From assembly GCF_001194135.2 (NCBI RefSeq), contig NC_068998.1:32183106-32230728 (forward strand): a stretch of 47,623 bases of DNA. The letters are read 5' to 3'. Positions 23,297-35,880 of this stretch are shown one piece after another (within the stretch, counting starts at the first letter, position 1; each line of letters begins with the position of its first letter). A model generated the notes under the pieces. That model was not told the origin of the DNA, made no database searches, and saw only the letters and a program-made list of their open reading frames with translations. Source of the DNA: Octopus bimaculoides. Its lineage: Eukaryota. The translations under genes were made by a program, and so were the position numbers.

Positions 23297-23337
23297 GTTG
23301 CACTAAGTTGTTGCACTAGGGTGTTGCACTAGGGTGT
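23297..23337. repeat. Short tandem repeat, 13-14 bp unit 'gtgttgcactagg'
   Basis: About three copies directly visible. Confidence 0.8.
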
Positions 23338-23836
23338 TTGTTGTATATCTAATAGTTCTGGTTTGAAATTTTTTCACATGAATATTTTAGAATGTTTTAT
23401 AAATCTAATCAAGAATACCTATCATATTGTTTGGAGGATCAGAGCTCAAATGTGATTAACTGATAGTGGTTGAAACTGATGAAGCTTAATCAATTGTGAG
23501 AATCAGTCTGGAAAATCAACTATACCTATAAAATATCTGATAAAACGAATGCATATAACAATAACTCTTTTAGATTTCTGATAATAAAAGCTAGAAGCAG
23601 GTGGGTGACTGTGTGATTATCATTAAATGTATGCCAATTTAAAACAGTGTGTATTTTGAATGTAAGTCTCTGAAAATTCTCATCTTTGCATGATAGTTTT
23701 TCTATTTTGTGTGTGGTTTAGGAGTTCTAGTGGAATATTTAAGGAGTGCTAAGCTGCATGAAGTTCATACTCATCTTCATATAATTTATTAAATAGAAAA
23801 AATATATTAATCAACATTCTTTATTTACTGATGCAG

Positions 23837-23868
23837 CTTTATGCAACATGATATTACCATTATTTGTG
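23837..23868 (+). CDS. Candidate exon of the unidentified host gene (xLCNMILPLFV)
   Basis: ctttatttactgatgcag| ... GTG|gtaaaa; phase 1 to 0, joins the next exon in frame. Confidence 0.4.
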
Positions 23869-24593
23869 GTAAAAAAATACCTATGGGATACTTTACTGCT
23901 TTAAAAAAACATATTTGCTTTGATGTGTATTTTTTAAAGAAAAGCACAATATCTATTTAAACCATTCAAGAAGTTCAAGAAAAAATATATCTTCTTACAT
24001 TAAGTAGCATAGAAGTTATATTTGAGCATCTGTGTCTGAAACATGAAGTAAAAACAAACATATTCTCAATAACTCTGCTTTACTGCAAAGTTTTAGCAAA
24101 GACATTTGAGGATGGTAGAGCATTAGGACATGCTATATTTATAAATACATAAATGTATATATTTATCAAAGGATGTATGAAAATAAGCTCAGAAAACATC
24201 ATGGATGAATCATTTCATATATTTTTGGAACAGCTTATTATATGAGTAATTCAAGATCATTACTGATCGAAATAGAATAATATCAGAAATTCTTGATTGG
24301 AAAAGAAACAGCAACATTAGAAATAGTAAAACAAGTTAGGAAAATAAATATAAGAAAAGCTCCTGACAATATTTCCCCCAAAATTACCATGCACCTGACG
24401 AAAAATTAAAAAAAGAAATATATATAGTATTGTTCAGTAAGATTTCAATTGAATGCAGCTAATATTTTAAATGACAAACAAATAGATGGGTATGTTTATG
24501 TTGCTCTCTGTAATACATTAGAAATGCATATGTCCAAGTATGTAGAATTATGACATGGTAGCTGATTGATAATAAAGCTATTTGGGTACTTAG

Positions 24594-24625
24594 AAAACAT
24601 TCAGAATGTATCATTTATTTTTTCA
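24594..24625 (+). CDS. Candidate exon (KTFRMYHLFFQ)
   Basis: Weak acceptor gggtacttag and strong donor CA|gtgagt; phase 0 to 2. Confidence 0.35.
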
Positions 24626-24835
24626 GTGAGTGAGTAAAAGAATAGTGTTGATAGTATCAGCACTTAGCCATGTAAATAATATTTTGTATAAGGTATATGG
24701 TCAGTTTATTTGAATTAAGCCAATGTGACATATAGATTAAGGATAAGGAAAAATATCTAGGAGCAAGCTCAAGAAAACCAAATAGTAAGGTTTGTGCTAA
24801 CATACTTCATTAGTAATGAACTAATTTTAATTATA

Positions 24836-26925
24836 CATGGAGAATGAATGGGAGGAGGAGAATCTGCCAAAGGTTGACCCAAATGAGGGACCAGCTACCC
24901 AAATTGACAGTACCCTGATAGATAAAGTAGTTAAGGATATGAAGACAGGGAAAGCACCTGGCCCATCAGGAATCACTGCTGAAATGCTTAAAATATTGGG
25001 TGCTGTGAGTTATGTCACCTACATAGTAAGTCAGGTAATTCATGAAGGAGTCATACCCAATGACTGGTGTAGCAGCACCATAGTCAACTGCTACAGAGGT
25101 AAAGGTGATGCTTTAGACAGAAATAACTACAGGGGTATCAAATTATTGAATCAGAGGATGAAAGTTACAGAGAGGGTCATGGCCCAACTAATTAGGGAGA
25201 GAGTTAGCCTAGATGAGATGCAGTTTTGTTTTGTGCCTGGCAGAAGCACCACTGATGCTATATTTCTGGTAAGGAAACTGCAGAAGAAATATCTAGCCAG
25301 AGATAAACCTCTGTACTTGGCTTTTGTTGACTTGGAGAAAGCCTTTGACAGAGTCCCCTGATCTCATACCTGGTGGGTGATGTGGAAACAGGAGATAGAC
25401 GAGTGGTTGGTAAGAGCTGTACAAGCCCTGTAGAGATGCTGTCAGTAAGGTGAGAGTTGGCAACGAGTCTAGTGAAGAATTCCAGGTAGAAGTAGGGGTT
25501 CACCGAGAATCAATCTTCAGCCCCTTCTTATTCATCATAGTCCTCCAAGCAATAACAGAGGAATTCAAAACAGGCTGCTCCTGAGAGTTCCTCTATGCTG
25601 TTGACCTAGCTCTAATAGCCAAATCACTGCCAGAACTAGAGACAAAGTTTAGGGTGTGGAAGCAAGGTCTAGAATCGAAGGGCCTTAGGGTTAACCTAGC
25701 AAAAACCGAAGTCTTAATAAGTAGGAAGGTTGACAAATCACAAACCCCTTCAGTTAGATGGACCTACTCGATCTGTAGAAAAGGTATGAGTAGAAACTCC
25801 ATACAATGTACCCAGTGTAAGCTAGGGACACATAAAAGGTGCAGCAATATCAAAGGAAGGTTAACTGGGAGGATAGTTTTTGTGTGTGGCAGATGAACTG
25901 GGGCAATAAACACTGAAGATTAGTAAACAGATTCACATCACATGCCAGAGGGAAAGACTAGAAGTAGTTGATAGCTTCCGCTACCTAGGTGACCAAGTCT
26001 GTAGTGGGGGTGGTTGTTCTAAGAGTGTAGTGGCTAGAATAAGAATAGCCTGGGCAAAGTTCAGGGAGCTCCTATTTCTGCTGGCAACTAAGGGTCTCTC
26101 ACTCAGGATGAAAGGTAGACTGTATGATGCATGTGTGCAAACTGCAATGCTACACAACAGTGAAACATGGGCCATGACTGCTGAGGACATGCGTAGGCTT
26201 GAAAGAACTGAAGCTAGTATGATCCGCTGGATGTGTAATGTCAGTGTGCATATATGACGGAGTGTAAGCACTCTGAGAGAAAAAATTGGGACATAAGAAG
26301 CATCAAGTTTGGTGTGCAAGAGAGATGACTGTGCTGGTATGGTCACGTGTTATGTATGGATAAGGACAGCTGTTTGAGGATGTGCCACACCCTAACTGTG
26401 GAAAGAACCTGTGGAAAAGGTAGACCCAGGAAGACATGTGATGAGGTGGTGAAGCATGACTTTTGAACGTTGGACCTCACAAAGGCAATGACTGGAGACC
26501 GTGACTTTTGGAGATATGGTGTGATTGAGAAAACCTGGAAACTAAAGTGAGATTGCAGCCATGGCCGATGCCAGTGTTGCATGTCTGGCCCATTTAAAAG
26601 TACCCTTGATGTGCCAGGCAATATGATGTGCTTGAGGAGGCCTGCTGAGTCAAATAAAACCAATATTGTAACTGTGGCCAGTGTCCCTTGACTGGCTTCC
26701 ATGCTGGTGGCATGTAAAAAGCACCATTTGAGCATGGTTGATGCCAGGTCTACTTAACTGGAGTGGTTGGCGTTAGGAAGTGTATCCAGCTGTAGAAACA
26801 TTGCCAGATCAGATTGGAGCCTGGTGCAGCCGCTGGCTTTTCAGACCCCAATCAAACCGTCCAACTCATGCCAGCATGGAAAACGGACGTTAAACGATGA
26901 TGATGATGGTGATGTTGATGATGCG
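24836..26925 (+). mobile_element. 5'-truncated, decayed RTE-clade LINE with 3' UTR and (GAT)n tail
   Basis: MKTGKAPGPSGITAEML, NYRGIKLL, EMQFCFVPGRSTTDAIF, LAFVDLEKAFDRVP, GLRVNLAKTEVL, RIRIAWAKFRELL and RLYDACVQTAML; several stops; ends in 'ggacgttaaacgatgatgatg'. Confidence 0.95.
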
Positions 26926-26992
26926 AGAAGAAAGAAGTAAAGCAAGAGAGACTCTTCTGAAATTTTAATTAATTAAGATTAATAAATCTTAG

Positions 26993-27020
26993 AAATAGAA
27001 TGTTGGCAATTGAATGGGAA
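26993..27020 (+). CDS. Candidate exon (NRMLAIEWE)
   Basis: aaatcttag| ... GAA|gtgagt; phase 2 to 0. Confidence 0.45.
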
Positions 27021-27659
27021 GTGAGTTTGAACTTGGCAGTATGCTGTAAGTTTATAATCATTTTGATATTAATTTACTGTCCAACTTTTGAAACTTGCCT
27101 TTATAATGACATTTTCACCGAAAAATACTGTTGTATCAATGAAGTAAGGTAGATCAAAAGTTAAAGTTGTATGCATATAACTTATGCTAATCATGGATAG
27201 GAAGGACTTAAGCACTGATCTCTGGGGGAATAATTAGTTCATGATATACTGTAGATTTGAAGTTAAAAAAGTAACAATAAAACGATACAGCAAATACTAA
27301 TGAAAATTAAGAAAGAAACAAATGAAATTTTGAGGTAACCAGAGACTATATCAACAACCAAAATGTATTGAAATAACGCAAACAAAAGATGACAAATTGT
27401 TAATATAACTAGATTTTGCTGGATAATTCTTAGAGGGATAAAAATGTAAAGTAATATCTAAAACAATGAGATTTAAAAAGCAACTATATTGACAAATTTT
27501 GTTATTCTTATGACATAAGTACTTAGAAGGGGTAGGATAAACTATTATATTATATGATTTTATTCATGATGACCATTTCCATAAATCATTTATACCAATG
27601 TATAAATGATTATTTCCTGGTTTTCATAATGATTGATGCCAAATTTACTTCCCTATCAG

Positions 27660-27693
27660 GAACATCTAAAGCTTAATATTCATGTAGATTTAT
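27660..27693 (+). CDS. Candidate exon (EHLKLNIHVDL)
   Basis: tttacttccctatcag| ... T|gtattc; phase 0 to 1; followed by an 89-nt intron. Confidence 0.45.
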
Positions 27694-27782
27694 GTATTCA
27701 CTCAAGATGACAAGCCAATGAGAAACAGAAGCAACAATAAAATAAAGAATATATATGAAATTAATGTTTTAGTTTTAACCAG

Positions 27783-27853
27783 TGAAGCCTGTACTATTTG
27801 GACAATCTTTACCAGTAAATTGTAATGATAAATGTCACTTTGAGCCTCAGAGG
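27783..27853 (+). CDS. Candidate exon (LKPVLFGQSLPVNCNDKCHFEPQR)
   Basis: gttttagttttaaccag| ... AGG|gtaatg; phase 1 to 0; 79-nt intron follows. Confidence 0.5.
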
Positions 27854-27932
27854 GTAATGAAACTGTTGTTTGGTTCCAAATTCAATTACATTAACCAGTT
27901 GAGAGATAATTATTACTGTCAGTTTCTCACAG

Positions 27933-27975
27933 GTATCATTCCCAGATGATTTTATAAGCATTCTTCTAGAAATAG
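27933..27975 (+). CDS. Candidate exon (VSFPDDFISILLEI)
   Basis: tcagtttctcacag| ... ATAG|gtgaac; phase 0 to 1; 124-nt intron follows. Confidence 0.5.
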
Positions 27976-28099
27976 GTGAACTGAAGTATGTTGATATAAG
28001 TTTCAATTTGCCTAGGGATAATGAAAAGTCTGCAGTAAATAGTGAATATGAACTCACAAGCATGAAGTTGATAGTTACTATATTAACTCACTATTTCAG

Positions 28100-28173
28100 A
28101 CAGACTTTTCAGTCAAGGAACTAATCAAATCATTTCAAATTCTGGAGCCAAGTTAAATCTTGAGCAATTGAAG
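28100..28173 (+). CDS. Candidate exon (DRLFSQGTNQIISNSGAKLNLEQLK)
   Basis: aactcactatttcag| ... AAG|gttaac (weak donor); phase 1 to 0. Confidence 0.5.
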
Positions 28174-28996
28174 GTTAACATTTATGATCAATGTTATTGC
28201 CACTGTAAATGAAGACATTATAACCTGACAGCAGATTTAAATGATATGAATAATATTAAGTGCAAGTTTATGGATTGTACTTTAATGATACTCTTGATAC
28301 AGCTGTATCTGCACCGACAGTTAATTAGCATATAATTCATATGATAAGTGTGATGGATGCAAAAGACTTACTTACTTTTACTGATAGAGAAGAAATTAGT
28401 TTCATCAGTAGCCAACTAAAATATTAAGTTACACCCAAATTATCATGCAGTTATTATTTTAGTTCATCATGGCACTTATAATTATCGGTTAGCTTTTATT
28501 GTTTGTTCAAAAAATTCTATTAGAATATTTTCCTTTTTTTTTTCTTGGCAATAATTGTATTTAGGAAATATACAACTACAAGAGATAGAAAATCATCAGA
28601 AGTGTTGTAGTTTTAGTTGTTGACTCTATGTAGAACTTTACTGAGAATATATTACTTCAGGTTTGTCATACTGTAATACAGGCTTCAGTTAACATATGTA
28701 AGATGTACATAATATATCTCATGTGATAGAATTAACTGTAAAAGTTGTTATATGTACTAATACACACATACATATACAAATACACATAGAGAAATATATA
28801 GATACACATACACAGTCCTAGAACATAGAAGTATGAAATTAAATATGCTAAAGCATTTAGTCCAGCATTGTACCTAGGTGGTTATAAATATTCATATTCA
28901 TTTTAGAAAAGCTCTTTACTGTCAATACTCTGGTCATGAGAAGTTATAAATAAAATGTCCAAAACTATCACTATAATTTCTTTGCTTTGTTTTCAG

Positions 28997-29017
28997 ACAG
29001 AGGTTTTACCATATCAG
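28997..29017 (+). CDS. 21-nt microexon (TEVLPYQ)
   Basis: tttctttgctttgttttcag| ... CAG|gtgagt; both sites are strong; 114-nt intron follows. Confidence 0.6.
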
Positions 29018-29131
29018 GTGAGTTTTTAAGTGTTACCATATTTAACACAGGGAAACAGTAAAAAGCTAGCTAGAAATAGTTATGTAGTTAGAAAAAACAA
29101 AATTAATGATATATTATTTTCATTTTTCCAG

Positions 29132-29170
29132 AAATTTCAGAAGACAACTCCATACATGTTTTGGACTTAG
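29132..29170 (+). CDS. Candidate terminal coding exon (KFQKTTPYMFWT*)
   Basis: attattttcatttttccag| acceptor; TAG at 29168-70 (alternative frame ends in TAA at 29188-90). Confidence 0.5.
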   Translation, partial: KFQKTTPYMFWT

Positions 29171-29207
29171 ACCTCTTCAGCAATACATAAGCTTCATTGT
29201 ACTAATG

Positions 29208-29213
29208 AATAAA
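29208..29213 (+). promoter_or_regulatory. Candidate poly(A) signal AATAAA
   Basis: 38 nt after the predicted stop; the hexamer is common in AT-rich DNA. Confidence 0.3.
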
Positions 29214-29371
29214 ATCAATTAATCAATACAAGATTATACATTACTTGGTGTAGGAAAATAGAATTGCTTAGAAAATAATTCATGGAATTCATCTGCATGA
29301 AAAGTAATAGTTGAATTTGTATTAACATATTTAATATAGGGGCATAAAATAATTAGATATAATATGATATT

Positions 29372-29735
29372 CTTTACTCTTTTACTCTTTTTCGTGTTTC
29401 AGTCATTTGACTGCAGCCATGCTGGAGCACTGCCTTTAGTCGAGCAAATCGACCCCGAGACTTATTCTTTGTAAGCCTAATACTTATTCTATCGGTCTCT
29501 TTTGCCGAACTGCTAAGTTATGGGGACATAAACACACCAGCATCGGTTGTCAAGCAATGCTAGGGGGACAAACACAGACACACAAACACATATATTTATA
29601 TATATATATGATGGGCTTCTTTCAGTTTCCGTCTACCAAATCCACTCACAAGGCTTTGGTCGGCCCGAGGCTATAATAGAAGACACTTGCCCAAAATGCT
29701 ACGCAGTGGGATTGAACCCGGAACATATTGGTTGA
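29372..29735 (-). mobile_element. tRNA-headed CORE-like SINE, well preserved
   Basis: Minus-strand head 'ccgggttcaatcccactgcgtagcattttgggcaagtgtcttc', internal (TA)n, body and tail; CpGs retained. Confidence 0.85.
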
Positions 29736-30376
29736 TATATAATATTATTTTCATGTGTCCATGTTAGTTTGATTTAGAAAGATCTGCAATGTTTTATGTA
29801 CATTTAGGCTCAATTTCTTCATAGCTGCAGGAAACATCTTTCATAATTTTAGTAAGTATGCAATAGTTTTCTTTTGCAGCTACTTATCACTTTTAAAACT
29901 TTCGGCACTTTTATATATCTAAATCTATTGAGTTTTTTTAACAAAACTCTCAGATTGTCATCTTACACAAATGAACATTTTTCTCTTATATTCTTTACTA
30001 ATAGAACTAACAACATTTTGTAAAATTATTAATTAAAATGTCTTTGAGAGTCAAAGTGAATTTCAGAAACTATGAAATATGTTGCACAAAATTATATTAG
30101 TCTATCTATTTGGACTAAATACCTTTAGCATTCTACCAATTTTCATATCTTATTGAAGTGAATGCCATTACCTCTTGAGAAGAATAATCTATTGAAAAAT
30201 CAGGAAGGTTGTAAAGATTATAATGAAAAAAAGGAAAAAGAATTACAGCTAAGAAGGAAATTTAATCAAATATTCATTTTAATCTCAGTTGTTGAAATTT
30301 TTACAGTTTTATTAAATTTTGCAGTATCAAAAAAATTTTCTGGAATAATTTTAACTATATCTAATTTTAACTATGT

Positions 30377-30540
30377 AGCAGCATGCATGGCTGTACGGTA
30401 AAAAGCTTGCTTTCCAACCACATGGTTTCAAGGTTCAGTCCCACTGTGTGGCACTTTAGGCAAGTATCTTCTTCTATAACCTTTGGCTAACCAATGCCTC
30501 GTGGGTGGATTTGTTAGATGGAAACTAAAAGAAGCCTGTC

Positions 30541-30583
<43 letters not shown>

Positions 30584-30830
30584 GCATATTTGTGTGTGTA
30601 TGTTTGTGTTCTGTGTTTGTCTCCTGCCGCTGCTTAACAACCAGTGTTGGTGTGTTTACATCCCTGTAACTTAGCAGTTCTTCAAAAAAAAAAAAATGGT
30701 GGAATGAATATCAGCTTGGTGGAGAAGAAAAAAAAGTATTGAGGTCGATTAATTTGACTAAACATTCTTCAAAACAGTGCCCCAGCATGGCCACAATTTA
30801 ATGACCAAAACAAGAAAAAGATAAATTCTT
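30377..30830 (+). mobile_element. tRNA-headed CORE-like SINE
   Basis: A box 'tggctgtacgg', B box 'ggttcagtccc', 'ggcactttaggcaagt', internal (TA)n and tail 'ccccagcatggccac...aagataaa'. Confidence 0.85.
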
Positions 30831-31693
30831 GTTGTGTCTAGGGAAGGTCAAAAATGAAATAAAAAATAAAGGATATCTTTTTATTTTCTTGATTTATTTT
30901 GCTTTTTAAAGTTTCATTTTTTTTCTTTTCATAGATATTTTTTCCACAGTAGTGTGTTTGTTCATTAGAAGATAGGAACAAATTTTATATTTGAATCATG
31001 ACAGAAATGGAATTTTCTTGGAAGATTTGGCACTTCATTCACTAAAAATCTATTTCTACTCATCTACTGTAGAAATTACTAGTTGATGAGAATTGGAATT
31101 GAATGACATGCTCCCCAAACACACACACACACACACACACACGTGTGTGTCTGTGTATTTATAGTTGTTTCTGTGTGTGTATATAAGCATATTTAATCAC
31201 AACTATATACATAATTCAAGGTACATATACAAATAGTAATGTAGTAACAAACACACACACATAAACAATTGGATTCTCATAAATGTTTACTATCAAATCA
31301 ATTCACATGCACGTGTAATTCACATACATATGTAGCAATGCATGTTGACACATGTATGATCATAATAAAAATAGAAAACTAAACAAAAATCCCATGCAAC
31401 AAACATTCCGACAGAAATACAGATTATTAATAATCCATGTTCACATGAAAAAATATATGCATATACACCTTACCACAAATTTCTATAGAACAATGGCTTG
31501 TCTAATACTGCCAGAGGTGGAGAAGATAAAAGGATGAAATTTTTCATCTATCTACAAAATACTCAACAGTTGTCAGTGTTTAATCAGAGAATAGCTAGGT
31601 AGCTAGTGCATCCAAATACTGCTGTTACAACTCAGTACATTGTTATATTGGTACTAATATACTTTAATTGAAGAATTTTATTATATACATACA

Positions 31694-31729
<36 letters not shown>

Positions 31730-32324
31730 TGTATGTATGTATATGCAGTAGCCAATATATGCTCATTTAAGTTTCAATATTTGCATTTCCTTATTTTCTC
31801 TGGCTATATACTTAATATATAGATGTATGGTGTACTTTAAAAGTTTTGGCCTATTAATATTGCCTACATTTCAGTAGTTCATTTCTCTGATCATCATCAA
31901 ATATCTTCATATATCTAGGTTCATTAGGAACTCAGAGATTTTATTGACAATGCAGGGTTTTCATAAAAAATAATGACAAAATTCTGACATATAATCACAT
32001 TCCAAAGAATAAAAATGATATTCAGCTCAAGTTTGCAGTGTTTTTCCAGGTTGACAACTTAAGACTACGTGTACTGCTACTTTGATTTTACTGAGCTTTG
32101 TCTACACTTCTTCAGTCCCAGTTCCATAGTATTATGTAATTTCTTTTCTTACACCACACTCTTTCTACGATTGTTGAGTTTGTACTAATCTTCTAATTAC
32201 TATTTAATCCCAATGTTCTGCTATTCTAATCTTAAGGTGTTGTCCTCTTTTGTAAGGCTTTATGATGGGCTTTTACTTTTGAATACTGATCTCATGTTGC
32301 ATTGTCTATATTTCATCTTTTATC

Positions 32325-32680
32325 TGTTTCGGCCATTAGACTGCAGCCATGTTGGGGCATCACCTTGAAGAATTTTTTATTTGAATGAATTGACTCAAGT
32401 ACTTATTTTTTTCAAGCCTGGTACTTATCCTGTTGTTCTTTTTTGTTTGCTGAACTGATAAGTTATGGGGATATAAAGAAACCAACACTGGTTCTCAAGA
32501 AGTAGTGGATGACAAACACACACAACATATATATATGATATGATTTTTTCAGTTTCCATTTACTCACAAGACTTTGGTTGCCTGAAGCCATAGTAGGAGG
32601 CATTTGCTCAAGGTGCCATGCAATAGGGCTGAACCCAGAACCATGTGGTTGGGAAGCAAGTTTCTTATCATACAAGCACA
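32325..32680 (-). mobile_element. tRNA-headed CORE-like SINE
   Basis: Reverse-complement match to 30377-30830 and co-linear with 29372-29735. Confidence 0.8.
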
Positions 32681-32694
32681 CCTGCACCTGTATG

Positions 32695-32771
32695 TTACAA
32701 ATCATATTTTAATTGTTTTAGTTATTACAAATCATATTTTAATTGTTTTAGTTATTACAAATCATATTTTT
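32695..32771. repeat. 31-bp tandem repeat (about 2.5 copies)
   Basis: Unit 'gttattacaaatcatatttttaattgtttta'. Confidence 0.9.
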
Positions 32772-34589
32772 GTAGTAAGGTAAAAATTCAAACAGGTTTT
32801 AATTGTCTCTATTTGAAAGTCATATCAGTAACAAGAACAAGCTTTGGATGATGCTGTAAAGTACTACTTATGCACTTTTTGGGTGTCTAAAGTATAACAT
32901 GTTTTCTAATTTTTATTTTATTTCAAATTTTATAAATCTCCCAGTTAGTCCTAAGGTTATGTGTGTGTTTCATATTTTGACTTAGGGATAATTTCTTTAA
33001 GGATGGAATATAGTCAATTCAGATGATCCTTTTTGCTTACATATTACAGGCATAATATTTACAGATTAACATTATCTATTTTCTATCATTGTGAAATGAG
33101 CATGCATCATAACGTCTCTTCATTAAGATCTCTGCTTAGCTTTTAGTCCATTGCACTTAAATACAATAGGAATCTATAACTGTGTTAGAGATTTCTTTTA
33201 CCAATAATATTTGTTTATATTCTCTCTTGATCATGGTTACAGTGGTCTGGGGAATAATATAACTAATAAGATAGCTTAATTTAGGTAATGATTAATGGGA
33301 TTATCTCTTCTCCATAGTTAGACATTTATTTCAAATAACTTGAGAGATAGCTTAACTCTGGTAATAAAACTGTGATAGCTTAACTGTGGCAAACTAATCT
33401 AATGGGAAAGATACTTCAGTGAGAATGAGAAACTACACTTTGAATTATTTTGATGAGTAAAAAAAAAAGCAAAACAAATCTTCTAAAACAATGAATGTAT
33501 TGTGTTTGGAACCATCATTGATTTACTTATCCAACATTCTATATAACTGGAAGATCTACTCAATCTAAAGAATCCCTTGAGCTATATCAGTGCATATAAG
33601 TTATCAGTGCTTAAATAAGTACAACAGAATAGTCTCTAGAGATACTACAAAGTTTGGTATGGATCACTGCTTGTCCAAATAAATGACTTGTGGTATCATG
33701 CATTATGCTGTTGTTGTATATGTTTACTTTATATAGAGATAAATTAGTGCAATATGTTAACCAACTGCCATTCTTACTGAATAACAGAATTGCAAATAAT
33801 TCTACATCATTTTCTGGAGTAATTTATTAGAATAAAGTATGTAGATCAGATCTGTACACAGTTGTAAAACTTGTATAGATAGTAGTTTCTTTATGTGAAT
33901 CTGATTTTAAATATCTTGGTACACTGAAGTAATTTGAAAATTTCGAACCATTCACTTCATATTCGTCATCAGTATTTTGTATTTTAATTCAACCGCTCTC
34001 TGTACACTTGTTTCTTTTTCTTATTTTACCAGTTTTTTTTTTCTGTGTTTGAGTTGGTGTATATGTTGGGACAATTGTTTTATAGAAGAATGTCCATCAC
34101 ACAGCTATTCATTAGACCAGTGTAAACTGCTCTTTGTATTTGTGGTTACCTTTTTTTCTTTCTTGTCAGGCAAACTGAAGCAAGTTGTGTTGTATGTCTT
34201 GCTTTTACTCAGGTACACATCACAGTATCTAAACAAAAATTTGAAATTAAGCCCAAGAGATCATCAGTCCAGCTTCTAAGCAGTGTAGTTATTGCTGTTC
34301 TGCTACTAAATGTTAATATTCATTCAGTTCCAAAACTTTCATCTGTTCTTACAATTCATTACTGAAAAACTATTGACTTGTGTTTTATTAAACATTATAT
34401 CAGGAAATGTATCAACTACTGACACAAACCAGCATTCAGTATATCATATAACACTATCACTTAAACTTGATAATTAATGGAATTCTAGTGGTCAAATTCA
34501 AGGAAGGATATTAGTTCCTTTTTAACTTGTTGCAAAGGTCTTGAATGTTGGAGAAAGACAAATTCAAATATTCTGCTGTTCAAAACTTT

Positions 34590-34700
34590 TTCAGGGTCAG
34601 AAAGTTGATTCCCAACCACATGGTTCTAGGTTCAGTTCCACTGTGTAATACCTTGGGTAAGTGTCTTCTACTATAGCCTTGCAGTGTTTAGCTTGGCCTT
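34590..34700 (+). mobile_element. SINE head fragment
   Basis: 'cccaaccacatggttctaggttcagttccactgtgtaataccttgggtaagtgtcttc'. Confidence 0.7.
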
Positions 34701-35118
34701 ACAAAATGGATCTGCTACATCCACACTTTGGAAGGAACAACATTATATCTTCTACCTATGGACTCATCTGCTTTTTGGACTTACATCCCCTCTTTCTTGT
34801 AACCATTCTCCACTTCCACCTCTCATCCTCTTTTTCTGTCACTCCTCTCCATTCTCTTCCTCACTTTTTCTTTCCAAATTTCTCTTCCTTTTCTGTCTTT
34901 ACTTATCTTCTGCACACTCACATGCATAACTTATATACACCTTCACACACATGACCAACACTCACACACACTCATATGTACACACATGCATGCAAACATA
35001 TACATACACTCATGAACTCATTCACATAAATCACTGAGTTTCCTGACCCTACATCCTACTGCTACTGACTTGTTAGATCCACACTTACACTCACCCAAAA
35101 TACTCACAGGCACACATA

Positions 35119-35880
35119 TGAGGGTTGGTTGAAATGTTCATAGGCTGACCATGACACTCTCACTCACAGAATGTGACCAAATAAGGTTTATTTTTCAACA
35201 CAGTTCCCCTTGTGATCTACTCACTTCTTCCATTGGTGTTGCAGTGCTAAGTGTTTTTTTTCATTTTGGAGAAAAGATGATAGTCAGATGGAGCCAAATC
35301 AGGAGAATAGGGAGGATGATCAACCAGTTCACAGCCTCAGTCATGTACAGCAGCCATTGAAACCAAGGACATGTGTGCTAGAGCATTGCTCTGATGAAAT
35401 AAGACATGTTTCATTAGTTTTCCTGAGTGTTTTGTCTTGATAACCTTTTGTAACTGCCTCAGCAAGTTGGCATATTACTCTCCATTGGTGATGTGACCCT
35501 TTTGAAGATAATAAATAAATACAATATCTTTTGCATCCCCCAGAACCTGAGCCATCACCTTCTCTGTAGATAAAATGACCTTGGCCTTGTTTGGAGCAGT
35601 TAAGGAAGGATGTTCATCCTGTAGAGATTGCCTCTGGCTCAAAGTGATGAAGCCAACATTCATCCTGGGTTAGGGAACATTCAAGGAAACTAGCTATATC
35701 TGCCTCAAACAATGTCAGATTTTTCCATGAAGTGATCAGCCTGGTGCACTTTTGATCAGGTGTCTCAAGACAGCAGCCACTGAGCAGAAACCTTTACCAT
35801 GTCAAGTTCATTGTGCAGAATATTCTCAACTCTCTCATGGGGTATGCTAATAGCATTGATTATAAATCTCATTACTCCCC
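35119..35880 (-). mobile_element. Decayed mariner 3' half
   Basis: TA plus TIR 'tgagggttggttgaaatgttcatagg'; minus-strand peptide STEKVMAQVLGDAKDIVFIYYLQKGHITNGE resembles the mariner consensus SAGKVMASVFWDAKGIVFIDYL. Confidence 0.8.

Noticed and set aside
24240-24420. LEIVKQVRKINIRKAPDNIS, resembling a LINE RT 'KAPGPD' motif
   Set aside because: Too short and decayed to classify or support as a feature.
27783-28063. Single 150-nt exon 27783-27932, and the minus ORF 27809-28063
   Set aside because: The split model with a 79-nt intron keeps phase through three more exons; the minus ORF is its antisense shadow. The single-exon reading remains formally possible.
32695-32771. CRISPR-like array
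   Set aside because: The repeats are contiguous with no spacers, the context is eukaryotic and there are no cas genes.
33977-34365. T-rich ORFs and acceptors at 34169 and 34212 as exons of a second gene
   Set aside because: Two overlapping frames are open because of T-richness; no phase-consistent chain was found.
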